Below are positions 22,017-34,237 of a stretch of DNA of 64,000 bases, in pieces. Source of the stretch: Azolla caroliniana (Eukaryota; Plantae; Polypodiophyta); assembly GCA_043228905.1 (NCBI GenBank), contig JBHGNT010000012.1:8556001-8620000 (forward strand), written 5' to 3'. The position numbers and the translations under genes are program-made. Each line of letters starts with the position of its first letter. Position 1 is the first letter of the stretch. The notes under the pieces were generated by a model. The model did not search any database. It was not told the origin of the DNA and worked only from the letters and a program-made list of their open reading frames with translations.

Positions 22017-25000
22017 CTATCCCCCCTTTAAAACGACGAGTGTCACGAGTCGTCTTGGATTGAGGGCCCGGTTTGTGTGGATATTGACGATGGAAGTCTT
22101 CAAGAAGAGCACGAGCATTGGTTACATTCTCGATCGGTTCCCAAGTACGTTCGCTGGGACTATACCCTAGCCAATCGACTAGATAGTAGAGCTTGTTGCG
22201 AACAATCTTGGAATCAAGAATGGCGGCAACCTCGTACTCCGGCCCATCTTCAAGCTCGATCGGGGGTGGAGGTTGGATAAGACGTTCTGGGATGGTGCTC
22301 TCGTGGTAGGGTTCGAAGAGAGAACTATGAAACACCGGATGTATCTGAAGTTGAGGAGGTAGATCGAGACGAAAAGCAACATCATTAATCTTTCCAATAA
22401 TACGGAAAGGACCTAATCGCCGATAATCCAACTTCTCACATGGGCGAGTAGTCTTGATGTGTCGTCGTAGCAACCACACCCGATCTCCAATATTAAAACT
22501 AGATGGAAGTCGATGACGATCCGCGTAGACCTTGTGTGTTTGTTGAGCTTGCTGGAGATGAGTAGATAAATCCGCTTGTATCTTGCGTAACCGCTCCAAA
22601 CGATCCTCCGCGCACGGATTTGTGGACACCTCTGGGGTTTCAAGTACACTCCACCGGGGGTGACATCCCGTATAAGCATAAAATGGCGTAACTTTAGTGG
22701 ATGCGTGGATAGAGTTGTTATAGGCAAATTCGGCGAAGTGGAGAATATCTGCCCAGTCGTCCTGATGATAGCTGAGAAAGCACCGCAGATACTGCTCCAA
22801 CGTTTGATTTGTTCGTTCAGCTTGGCCGTCAGTTTGTGGGTGGTAGCCGGAAGAGAGGTTACAAGTGACCTTGAGCATGTTAAAAAGGTGCTTCCAGAAT
22901 TTTGACACGAACTGGGGTCCACGGTCGCTGATGATACTATCGGGGAGTCCATGATGCCGACATACTTCACGCATGACAATTTCGGCAGTGTCTTCACTGG
23001 AGATCTCCTTAGTACATGGCAAGAAATGAGCCATCTTCGTATATCGATCGACCACCGTTAGAATCGCATTGAACCCTTTAGAGACTGGAAGATCTGTGAT
23101 GAAGTCTAGAGCAATGGATTGCCACGGCTTGCTTGGAATTGATAATGGTTCTAATAAACCATATGGATGATGCCTTGGCATTTTCGCTCTGCAACATGTA
23201 TCACAAGTCCGAACAAAATCCTCGACAAATTGTCGCATACAGGGCCACCAGAATGATCGTTGTACTAAATGTAATGTTTTAGTACTACCAAAATGCCCAG
23301 CTGTATATGTGTCATGACAGTTTTGTACTACTCGAAGGCGGCAAGAACCATTAGGAACATACAAAAGTTCTTTAAAGAAGAGTAATCCATCATGGTATTT
23401 GAATTGCCGATAGTCCGTACCTGGTGGTTGCGACTGTGAACACGACGCTCGAGAGGGATCAATTTGTGCTAGTATAGCTTGGGCGAACGCATCTGTCTTC
23501 AAGTCTTCACATATGGTATCGATAACGCGGGAATCCATAGGCATGTCAAAGATTTGTGTTGCTTGTAATCGTGCCGGTCCCAAGATGACTTGTTTTTGGT
23601 TATCGAAAGCTGGCTCGCCGGGACGGGGTGCTAGATACGAACGCCGTGATAATGCATCTGCCTTCCCTTGGTGCCTCCCCGGACGATATGTAATTTTGAA
23701 GTCGAAACGCGTGAGGAAGTGGGCCCACCGAGCTTGACGTCGATTCAACACACGAGCATCCTGAAAGTAGGCAAGATTCTTGTGGTCACTAAATACGGTG
23801 ACTGGATGAGAGGATCCCTCCAGAAAATGCCTCCATTGCATAAAAGAATCCACTATTGCCAATAGCTCCTTATCATGGATTTCGTAGTTGATTTCGGCGG
23901 CATCAAACTTGCGTGAGTGAAAAGCCACAGGATGTAGCTTTTCATCATTCCCCTGTTGTGACAGAATGCTCCCCAATGCAAAATCCGATGCGTCAGCTTC
24001 GATGATGAATGGTTTCTCCGGATCGACATGAGCTAGAATTGGAGCCGATGTAAATGCTTTTTTAAGACTCTCGAAAGCCATGTCCGTTTCTTCAGACCAG
24101 ATGAACGGTTGTCCCTTCCTGGTAAGTTGTGTGAGAGGTAGAACGATCTTTGAGTAATCCTGTATGAACTTCCGATAAAAATTGGCAAAGCCTAAGAAGC
24201 ATTGCACATCCCGTACCGAACGCGGAGTCTGCCATTCTACCACCGTTCTGACCTTAGCTGGGTCCATGGAGATGCCTTCTGACGAAATGATGTAGCCGAG
24301 AAATTCCACTTGGTTGCACCCGAAACTACATTTTTCTAGCTTTGCATACAGACCATGTTCTCGAAGTCGTTTTAGTACTAATAGTACATGAGAATCATGT
24401 TCTTCTTGGGTCTTTGAATAAACCAGTAGATCATCCAAATAGATGATCAAACAATCATCCAATAGATCTCGGAATATATCATTAGCCATGTGCTGGAAGA
24501 CTGCCGGCGCATTAGTGAGGCCGAACGGCATGACAGTATACTCGAAGTGCCCATATCTGGTGCGAAATGCGGTCTTCCATTCGTCTCCTGGTCGGATCCG
24601 TACGAGGTTATATGCTCCCCGTAAGTCGATCTTCGTGAAGAACCTGGCACCATTGATCCGTTCTAAAAGACTTGAGATAAGGGGAAGAGCATACCTATTC
24701 CTGATTGTAACCTTATTCAAGCCACGGTAATCTACAACGAGACGAAGCGATCCATCTTTTTTCTTGACGAAGAAAATGGGCGCACCGGCTGGAGATTTCG
24801 AATGCCGAATGAAACCATTTTCCAAATTCTCCTCTATATAGGCCCGAAGGACTTCCAGCTCGGTTGGTGACAAATTGTAGATCGGTCCCCATGGCGGCTC
24901 TTTTCCCGGTTGTAAATCGATGGGGCAATCGTACGGTCGATGATGAGGAAGTGTGTTGGCTTGTACTTTATCGAACACATCGGTGTAATGGCGATACTTC

Positions 25001-25600
25001 TCGGGAAGTTGAACGGTGGATTCTTCTTTAGTGGTGTTGGAGGGGTTTATTAATATTGCAAAGAGGAACATTTCCTCCTTGTGCCCTTCTTTACGCAACT
25101 GACGTAGCGAAATGGTTGCCATCTTCTGAGTTGACCCTTGGGTTTGTCGACACCGGATTTCTCTTGTTCTCCAATCTATGTCAGGGTTATGTAACTCGAA
25201 CCACGGTAGTCCTAAAACTATAGGATGTTCTGGGATACTAATAATATTAAATGATACTACACATACTAAGTTATCTAGAACAATATTAATGGGCTCTGAC
25301 TCTTCTAGGATATTTCCGGAAGCAATGGGACGTCCATCAATGACTACTACAGAGGCTGGACACTGGAGTTTTCTTAGGGATATCTTATGAGCTTGAGCAA
25401 ATTTCTTATCCATAAAGCAAGAGTTAGCTCCGGAATCTAGGAGTGCTAGGACATGTACTGGAGGGGTACTTTTAGTACTAACTATTACTTGGGCTACGAA
25501 CACATCACTAACTTGCTTAGAGGGAATGGAACCACTAATGGGCTGCACAGATCTAGGGCTGTCCAACCAAACGGCTCCTATTTTGGCTGGACTTAGTCGT
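22009..25600 (-). CDS. pol: Pol polyprotein (protease, RT, RNase H, integrase, chromodomain), intact, in the -1 frame relative to gag
   Basis: LLDSGA, YLDDLL, EADASDFALG..DALSR, H/C zinc finger, GQAERTNQ, GPF, YEVAAILD..YLVDWLGY..TWEP. Confidence 0.95.
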
Positions 25601-25605
25601 TTAAC
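25561..25605 (-). promoter_or_regulatory. -1 ribosomal frameshift signal
   Basis: G UUA AAC slippery site, 6-nt spacer, then an 11-bp stem GUCCAGCCAAA/UUUGGUUGGAC; the -1 frame is open into pol. Confidence 0.75.
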
Positions 25606-26744
25606 TCTTCTTCTAACTGACTAAGGACATCAAATTTGTTTGCTAGATCTGGGATATTAGTACTATTAGGACTATCAGATATCCCTACTGAAATAGGCTC
25701 GGATTTAGTACAATTAGAACTAGTGACTATTTGGTTTACCTGTCTTCTTGGCCTATGGGGGCAATTTATTGCGATATGTCCTGGTCCACCGTAGTAAAGA
25801 CATAGTCGATTTGTACGGCGTCGCTGCTTTTCTTCTTCGGATAATGGCCCTCGACGACGTGTAGTGTCAATCTCCATCGAAGTCGGAGTATTCGCTAGAG
25901 ACGCATTATATGACTCCCTCGGAAAAGGTCTTGCTACCACTGAGGCGTAGGTGGGCTCTGATCTTGCCCTCGGCATTTGTAGTTGTCGTTCCGAACGTCG
26001 CTCAAAGAGGCGGTTGTCACATCTCACCGCGCGACTGATTGCTTCTGTTAAGGACTTTGGCTCTTCGGGGAAGGTCAAGAGTAAATCCTTGACATCGTTG
26101 CGTAAACCATAACGGAATTGCTCCATCAACGCTTGATCATCCCAAGGGATATCGGCGGCGAGTAGGCGAAAATCTGCAGCGTATGCGGAGGCTGGACGGT
26201 CACCTTGGCGTAATCGCCGGATTTTGTTGATTGCGGTCCTGATGCTGTCAGTATCTCCGAAACATGCTTTAAACTCACCTAGAAACTCTTCAAAATTGTT
26301 GAGTAACGGAGATTCCTTTTCTAATAGTGGAGCGAACCATGACAAGGCTGAGCCACTTAACAAAGTGCCTACTAAACCCACTCGTGATGCATCGGTGGGA
26401 TATCGGGAAGGATGCATTTGAATAACTAATCGTACCTGGTTAAGGAACCCTTTAAACTGCGATCGCGTTCCATCGAACTTCGTGGGAAGGCCAATCTTAG
26501 GTTCTTTATGAATCCCTTGTGTTCCGGGCCCATGTTGTTGCATCACTACGATGGTGGCTTCGAGTTGTTGCACGCGTAACGCAAGTTCCCCATGTTGTTG
26601 TTGCGTTTGCTGCTTTTCTAAGGAGATTTGCTGAAGATCCCCCAGCAACCGTTGGTTTTCTTGTTCCAAAGCATGGAACTTCTCCTTCAAGCATTGGAAT
26701 TCCAAGAAAACAGATTGATATTATTCAGCGCTAACAGTGGCCAT
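25593..26744 (-). pseudogene. gag: Gag (PEG10/sushi-like capsid) with a nonsense codon at position 8 and a C-to-Y change in the zinc knuckle
   Basis: ATG at 26744 is in frame with ORF 25593..26705 but has TAA at 26721-26723; PTKFDG, LRQG, CLYYGGPGHIAINC. Confidence 0.85.
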
Positions 26745-26803
26745 GGGAGGAAAGAAAAGAGGAATAAAAGATTAGTAGGAAATGAGAGAGACAGAAGGTA
26801 GGC

Positions 26804-26815
26804 AAATTGGTTCAA
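26804..26815 (-). promoter_or_regulatory. Self-priming PBS (non-tRNA)
   Basis: Minus-strand TTGAACCAATTT is complementary to AAATTGGTTCAA (27029-27040), about 33 nt downstream of the LTR TATA. Confidence 0.8.
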
Positions 26816-26817
26816 AC

Positions 26818-26916
26818 TGTCATGAACAGTACTGAGACAGAGAAGGAATTAGTACTAAACGAAGGATTAGTACTATGAGAGGTGTGGAACTTCTTCGAGA
26901 GAAGGAAGAAGTGAGC

Positions 26917-26956
<40 letters not shown>

Positions 26957-27257
26957 GAGTGATGATAAGAAAGATATTTATTATATGAAGAGAATATACA
27001 ACGGTGGCTAAAAGGCTTAAGACTGGCGTTGAACCAATTTGGTTCAACATAATGCCTAGTGCCCTCTTTTATAGTGTTTTCAGGAGTAATCCTGAAGCTT
27101 CTAGAATGTTCCAGAGAAATCTGGAATATACACTAATTTCCTATAATAAAATGTAAATGAAAATAATATCCTCCGTATTACAATAGATGGTCTAATGGTC
27201 AAGAGCTCGACCCATATAACCTAAGGTCATGGGTTCGAGTCTTGCCATATCATGACA
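26818..27257 (-). repeat. 5' LTR of the chromovirus
   Basis: Direct repeat; minus-strand TATA ctataaaag at 27066-27074. Confidence 0.97.
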
Positions 27258-27548
27258 CACATCAGCACGAATCTACAGGTTGCTGACATCTTCACTAAGG
27301 CCTTATGAGTTGACAAGCTCGAACAATTTATGATAGACCTAGGTCTCATGATATCTACATTGCCAAGCTTGAGGGGGAGTACTGAAAATACTGAAAAATA
27401 TCAGTAATCGTCGACCACCAGATAACAAAGCCGAAAACCGATTCAGATATTCGGGCGAAAAACCGAAAGCCGATTCAGCTGAATCGAAGTTTTTGAAGAT
27501 TGAATCGAAACAACCTTTTGGCATCCGAAAGTTGTGTTCAAAGGGGTG

Positions 27549-27956
27549 TGTTGAGAATCGAACTCAACTTCCCATAGGGACAGTGTTCACACTAGTCAAT
27601 GGACAACTTACTAGGATAAATTTGTAATTAGTAGAAAGGGCATTTGCCCTAGACTAGTTGGTATTTAAACCAACCTTTTGTATCTGAGTAACTATTGGAG
27701 GTAATATACAGTTTTCTTGTTTAGAGCTCTCTCTCTCTCTTTCTTTTTTTATCGTAATTACCTTACCCTAGTGGTAAGTTGTTAGCACTACAAGCACTAC
27801 GTTGTGGGTTCGAAACCCAACTTCCTCACCTCTCTATTATATACTTCTTATATATCTCATAATTCACTAGATGCCACTGTGGAATGTAGGGGTTGAACCC
27901 ATGACCACCTGGTCTCCATTGGGCAACCTTACCAACTGAGCTACATCCATCTGGGC

Positions 27957-28005
<49 letters not shown>

Positions 28006-28027
28006 AAAACACACAATTATATTAATA
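27549..28027 (+). repeat. 3' LTR of copia-B, interrupted by a SINE
   Basis: TGTTGAGA start after a purine tract, resembling the LTR start at 42803; right end uncertain. Confidence 0.6.
27741..27956 (-). mobile_element. tRNA-derived SINE inserted in a (CT)n tract
   Basis: Minus-strand head tagctcagttggtaagg..gggttcaacccc (A/B boxes), A-rich tail at 27741-27750, flanked by duplicated agctctctctct. Confidence 0.7.
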
Positions 28028-30871
28028 AATGTGTGTATTCCACCGAGGAAAGGATTTCCACTTGTTCAATAAAGAAAATTGCCACATTAGTACTCCCTTC
28101 AACTTTTGTAGATATGCTTTCACTCCATGTCTACCATCGAATACAAAAGTGTTGCACATATTCCAATTATGACGCAATCCCCAATATCTCAAAAATAGAA
28201 AAACAATCTCCATCTCTAACTTTGGGTCCACCTGTGTAAATTGTGCAAACACCCACTGTCAAGGTGTCAAATAACACCGTGATAAAACTTGCCAAATTTG
28301 AGAAATGTAACTCCAAATCTGAGAAGCAATCGGGCATTGTATAAATCGATGAGTACTATCTTCCATTTGAACAATGCAAAAAAAGAAATTACCCGTTGCT
28401 AGTCCATGATGCTTTAGAGCTAATCCCAAAGGCAATCCTCCAATCAAAACTCTCCAAATGAAGACCTTGGCTACAAGTGACAATTTAGAATGCCAACTAC
28501 GTTGTAAGATTTGCCACCACCCATGATCAGTTTGTGTAATCTCCATTCTTCTTCAGCCTTAGATGATAACCATCCAAGAGACTCAACAGAGCAATGATAC
28601 AAAAGACTAGTAGTCACTTGTAACAACGATGTTTGTACCCTTTAAACACCAATCAATCCACGGTTGTTCTCCTGTTTGTAGAGGTAAGGGACCTTGCATG
28701 AATGGAATATTTCGTAGTTGTTGCCAAATAAACCCATAATTAGGCGGAATGCGTAATAATTGTCGTGCTTCAACAAACTCCAAAATTCTTTGAGATGGAG
28801 ACTCAAGTATATCTCCCACCTCTTTGACCCCCAAACGAAACAAACGATTAAATTGAGAGCGTAATCTCTCCTTTCCTGGCCAACATAATAACCGAGAAGA
28901 CACAAGTAACTCTTTTTGCAAAGAATTACAATGCTCTCTACTAGATGATGGTTTCCATACACATAACAAGAGTGCTTCTTGCCATAAGGTAACCAAGTGT
29001 TGAACACATGTAGAGCTCGGAATCCTAAGTGAAATACATCCATTTAGTAATTGCCACCATGAAGCCTTAATTGTTGTCCTCCCATGTGTTAAATCCTTGT
29101 TCTCAATGAGATATTGAACAATAGATATCCATGGTTGTGAGTTTGAACACATGTCTTGTAATAATGAAAATCTACGAGCCATCATATGCTTAGATAAGTT
29201 CAATACTCTAGCTCCCCCCAAGCGCTTAGGAGTTGCTAGATGATTCCATGCAACCCAAGTGATTCCCATCTTATCCCTTTTCTTCCACAACAAATATCGA
29301 AGAGGTTGCAAAATAGAATGCAAAGCCTTCTTTGTCCATGGCAACAATGGGAAGTAATATAATATCATAGGTTCCATAATACATTGTACAACCTTCAAAC
29401 ATACATGAAATGGCCAAGATTGTGATTTCCAATACATGAACTTATCCCTCAACTTACTAGACATCCATTCAATCAATTGACCATTTGTAACATTCATTCC
29501 TAATGGATAGCCCAAGTGTCGAAAAATAGAGCCTTTATTTACCACAGATCCTTGCCATCCTAAACATTCCAAATCCCTTTCAATACATGATATGAGACTA
29601 GACTTCCTCCAATTAATATGTAATCCGGAAGCCAATGAAAATTGGTTCCATACAAGCATCCCCTTCTCAAGATTCTCTCATGAGGCTTGTAGAAACATGA
29701 AAGAATCATCAGCCAAAGCTTGTGCAACTAGTTGCCCTCCAGACGGAAGGTATAGACCCACAATATCACCATTTGTTGCAAGCCTTGATAGCATCACTAA
29801 TAAGGGATGAGTAACAATAGCAAACAACAACGGGCTAATAGGGCATCCTTGACGAACGGATCTTGTAAGGGCAATATCTGATGTAACTCCTCCATTAAGC
29901 ATGACTCGAGACATCACATATTGTCCTAATAAAAATATGAGGCGAGACATATGAGGTCCAAAGCCCATTGTATGCATTAACCTAGAAACAAAGGAACAAT
30001 TAACATGATCCTAAGCTTTCTCCAAATCTAATTGCACCATAATCAATTCTTGATGAGTGTTTCGAGCATAATCCATGGCCATTTGAACATTCAACACATT
30101 ATGCAATATATTCCTACCTGCAATAAAACCATATTGGGCGGGATGTATCAACTTTGGCAAATACTTTTGTAATCTATTTGCCAAGACCTTTGTAAATATC
30201 TTATACAACCCCCCCATCAAAGAAATAGGTCTCCATTGATGAAATGACTCTGGAGATGCCACCTTTGGAACTAATTTAATTAGACCAACCTTCCAAGCTT
30301 GAGGCATACGACCAGAATCCCAAGAATGTTGAAACATCAAAGTTAAGGGCCCCTTTAAAATGTATGAATATCGCTTAAAAACTTCATTTGTCAAGCCATC
30401 CCAACCAGGGCTCTTACCACTAGGAAGATGCCTTAAAACTGTGTCCACCTCATCCTCAGTGAAATCCGCATCCAATTCATGACTAATGAGGTCATGCACA
30501 ATACATCCAACCACATCATAAAACTCATGATGTGCTCTACTCACCTCATTTTTCATTAACAATTGTGGGCCAATCAACTCCTTAAAGTAATGAACACATA
30601 TGTCAATTATTTTAGTAGGATCCACTATCCATTCATCACCTTGCTTCACATGTACCACATTAGATCAAGTATAAGTAGGATGTAACACTTAGAAAAAAAA
30701 ATGGGATTGACATTGATTATCTATGAGCCCATCCCTCAATTGTCGCATCTTCGCATACTAATAACTTTGGCATTGCAACTGAGAAATAATAACATGCAAT
30801 TGACTTTGGATATCCAAAAGCTCCTCATCTAACGGTGCACGTATCAATAATGCATTACACCTAGAGAGAAC
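28022..30871 (-). pseudogene. L1 ORF2: RT and C-terminal zinc finger
   Basis: ORFs 30011..30658, 29678..29977, 28607..29659 and 28259..28546. Confidence 0.9.
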
Positions 30872-31261
30872 TGTTGTATGCCTGGCCGGACTAGCCTCAA
30901 CACAGGTGTCTATCCGACACTTCTCCAAAGGGGTGGTAAGGATTGGATGCTAGGTTACACGCGTAAGATGATTACAATTAAGCACAGACGGTAAACAATA
31001 CGAAGATACAGATAAACACGCAATAATTACTATTGTATTACTTCCGTCAAACCCTTTACAAATCATCAGATCCTTTTATAGGCATCTGGCAAGGTTACAA
31101 TCGGTGCGCTTAGGCAACCGACATCCGAATCGGTCCGGATCCGGATCGGTACAACTGTACCGGATCCCTCCCTCCGAATAATAATTCTACTATTATTTAC
31201 TTCCTATTATCCGATCCGACTCCGCCTTCCCACTTGTCCTTGCTCTTCTAACCGGCCAACA
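30872..31261 (-). repeat. 3' LTR
   Basis: Direct repeat of 40585-40974. Confidence 0.97.
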
Positions 31262-31263
31262 CA

Positions 31264-31279
31264 TGGCACGCCCGTGGGA
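31264..31279 (+). promoter_or_regulatory. Second, antisense PBS-like site (TGGCACGCCCGTGGGA) at the position where a PPT is expected
   Basis: 2 nt inside the 3' LTR; the element sense strand reads UCCCACGGGCGUGCCA (tRNA-Arg(UCU)-like 3' end); no adjacent purine tract. Confidence 0.7.
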
Positions 31280-31474
31280 AAGTGCCTTGCACTTCGAATC
31301 CGCTCCCGGCCTCATTCTTCCTCCAAAATATCGAGCACACTCTGCTCGATGGTGTCAGGTGGTGCTTCTTCCTCCTGTTCCTTGCCTGCCTGGTCTCCGA
31401 CCTCCGGTTGGGTTGGCTGTTCCATAAAAATTTGCTGCTCCAGTTCTGCTTGATTCTGTGGTGCCGGTGCTTCC

Positions 31475-34237
31475 TCACCGCTTCGTCCGGGTTCTTCCGG
31501 GTTCTTCCTGTTCTCCCTCTGTTCCAGGCTCTGTTCTGTTACCAGTGTCGCTTTCTCCGGTCTCGACTGGTCGGCTCGATACGCCTCCTTCCTCTGCTCT
31601 GGTGTCTTCCGGTCTCAGCTCTTCTTCTTCTCCGGCATCGGTCTGCTCCTGCTCTTCTTCTTCTCCTTCGAACAGAAGTTCTTCTTCGGGTATTCCTCGT
31701 CGGGGTTGTTCGGTGTCAGTTGGTTCAACTTCAGCCGGTCGCTCTCCCTCACTTATAGTGATTGGCGTCGTTCTTCCCTTAGCTTCCTGTCGTAACCGGT
31801 CCTGCTCGTATCTCTCCAACTCCAACTGAGTTGCGAGCTGCCCGTCATCCAACCTCTCTACCAACCCTCAGATTTCTTTGAGATGTTCTTCCGCTAAAGC
31901 GTAGAAATCCTCCGACAATTCTTCCCGAATGGCGACGATACTTTCTTCATCCATCTTGTAGAACTTGTCACCGGTCTTCCTCCGATTCTCAGCATCCGCT
32001 CGGAGTGTCTGCAGCTCGGCTGCCTGTTGTGACCACTCCTTCCATAGCTTTTCCGTACTTTCGTTGATGCTTGCCTGAGCTCGGGTACTCCATCCTGACA
32101 TGATGAGCTTGATCCGGTCAACCCCCGCCTTAGCATGCGCATAAGCTTCTTGCTTTTCCTTCCTTGCCCGTTTTATAATGTCGGCCATTATCTGAGCCTG
32201 GGCCTCGTAATCTGCTTTCTGCTTTTCATAGGTACTTTGCAGTTTGCTGATCTTGAAGGTCGATTTTTCCTTTTCTTCATTCTTGATCTTGGTCAGATCC
32301 AGCTTTTCCCGCCTTAGCGCCTCTAATTCCTTCCTTCTCTCCGTCTTTTGGGCTATTTCTGCCGACAATGCTTCTTTGTTGGCACTGACCTCATCCATTG
32401 CCTTAGCCAGGTCTAATCGGGTCTCTTTGAGCTGTTCTTTCAGCTTCTCTATTTGTCGGTCGTAGTCTGCTGCCCGTTTCTTGTTGTCCGACTCGGCCAA
32501 CTTGTGATCTCGGTAGAGACGGTCGAAGTCCTCCGTCTTCTGCTTCAGGCGTCGGTTTGTCTGAGCTCTTAACCGATCGTCCCGGTCCTTCTCTTGTCGG
32601 AGTTCTTCCTGCAGTCATTCTATCTCCTGCTCGGCATGTCGACGCAGTCGGTCCTTCTCCTTTTGCAGCTTCTCTTTTTCTTCTTGCAGTCAGTCATTAG
32701 TGGCTCGACCTTTCCGGAGGCCTTCTTCCATTTTTCGTCTGTCGTCCTCCACCGCTTTCCGCTGCTCCCTTTCTCTTTCCCTTAATGCCTCCTGAGCTTT
32801 TAACTCCTCTCGTAAGGTTTCTATTATTTTTTCGGTCTCAGGGCCGGTTTGCAAGGCTACCGGTTCCAGTTCCGGTTCTGGTTGCTTCCTTGTTGTCCCG
32901 ATCGGCTCGATGACAACTTGTGCTTGTTGAATTCCTTCCCTTGCCTGCAACAGCTCCCCTTGCATTTCCTCGATCTATGTTCGGAGTGCGACCAACTCCT
33001 GAGTTGTTGTATGCGTCAGTTGTTGCCTACACGTTTCTTCTTCCTCTAACTGGTCCGCTACTCCCGATAACTGCTCCGAAAGCCATCTCAGCCATTGTGG
33101 CTTTGTTCTTCTTGTGTCGGGGTGGTCTTGCACACTTCTACTCCTTAACTCAGGCTGTTTTTCCGGCCTTTTCTCTGGCTCCGGCGCTTGTTCATTCTTC
33201 TTCTCTGGGATGACCGGTTCTCTAAAGTCCGGCACAACCGGTGTCGGTGCTGCTTCCCTCGGTACGGGTTCTGGTACTGCTTCCGCCTCGGCTACTGGAG
33301 GTGGTCCTTGCGCCCTCTGCTGAGTTTTGTCAACTGGTGGAGCCGGTCCTTTCGCTCGTCTCTCCCGACCTTGTCTTGCTGGGAGTCTTACGAGTGGTTC
33401 GGATGAGTCTTCTGTTTCAGCTTCCTCCTCCGGTGCGGCTACCAGACGGACCTTTTGTATAAAGACCTCTGGTTCCGGTTCCGGCCGTCGCAGCGTTATA
33501 CTAATTGGTTTGCGCGCTACCGGTTCCTCCTCGGCTGATTTCCCTTTGCCTTTTCCTGCCAGTTTTGCCTTTGATGCCGGTTCCTGTTGCTGTCGGGATG
33601 GTCCTTCCCCCCGTTGTTCTGCTTCTTGCTGGGTCCATCCGGGGGTGTGTTTCTCCAAGATCTGTCGGCGCTTTGTGACCTTTTTCGGCGTCGTCTCCTG
33701 CCGACCTCTTTTCTTTTGTGTGATGGGGAGCACCGGTGGGACTAACACTGTTAGCCATTGTGCTATCCCGGCCCATGGCTTTTTTCCTTCCACAAGATTC
33801 TTGATGGCCTCCTTCAATCCTTCGGTTATGAAATGGAGCCAGTCTACTTGTAATCCTTCGTATGCTGCTATTAAGAACGTTGCCCGGTACCTGGCTATGG
33901 CCGGGGGACGAGGATTCACGAATCCGTATTCCATCATGGCGCGGGCCACTTCTCCGAACAGCAGGTTCTCTCCGCCCTGTGTTCGGTACGCCTTGCTGCT
34001 GATAGAATACTCACCGAAATATTCGAACAGGATTTCACTTGAAGGGTTTTCGATTGTTTGAAGCCCTCCTGATTTTATCCCTATGAGCGCCTGCACCGCT
34101 CCTTCCGTGATTTCTGATAAATCAATCGATGTTGCCGCCTGCTCTGGTTCTGCGTGTGGTGGAGCGTCGGCGATCCGCAGCAATCCTTTTAACCCGTTCT
34201 CCCTCATCCATTGGCGTGCCTCCTCCGACAGTACCAT
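31475..34237 (-). pseudogene. Extra 3' ORF (about 920 codons): globular N-domain, Pro/Glu-rich linker, long coiled coil, acidic tail
   Basis: ORFs 32975..34237, 32690..32965, 31868..32500 and 31475..31864 lie in one frame, separated only by single TAG/TGA codons. Confidence 0.8.

Larger units (their letters stand above)
21581..27257 (-). mobile_element. Full-length young Ty3/gypsy chromovirus, Tcn1-like
   Basis: LTRs 21581-22016 and 26818-27257 (TGTCATGA..TCATGACA; about 3 substitutions plus a microsatellite indel), TSD CACAT, PPT aaaggggggatag at 22017-22029, gag plus pol with chromodomain. Confidence 0.97.
5731..28027 (+). mobile_element. Ty1/copia element copia-B (5'-truncated), host of the Sola2-like transposon, the chromovirus and the SINE
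   Basis: Zn knuckle YCRKLGHCEEEC, WFVDSGASNHM, integrase split at 6820/19357, RT and RNase H 20100-21580 resuming at 27263, PPT aagggg 27541, LTR from 27549 (TGTTGAGA). Right end uncertain. Confidence 0.85.

Noticed and set aside
27762-27951. Functional tRNA genes (also 21941-22016 and about 49970-50025)
   Set aside because: A/B boxes are present but the stems do not form full cloverleaves; treated as tRNA-derived.
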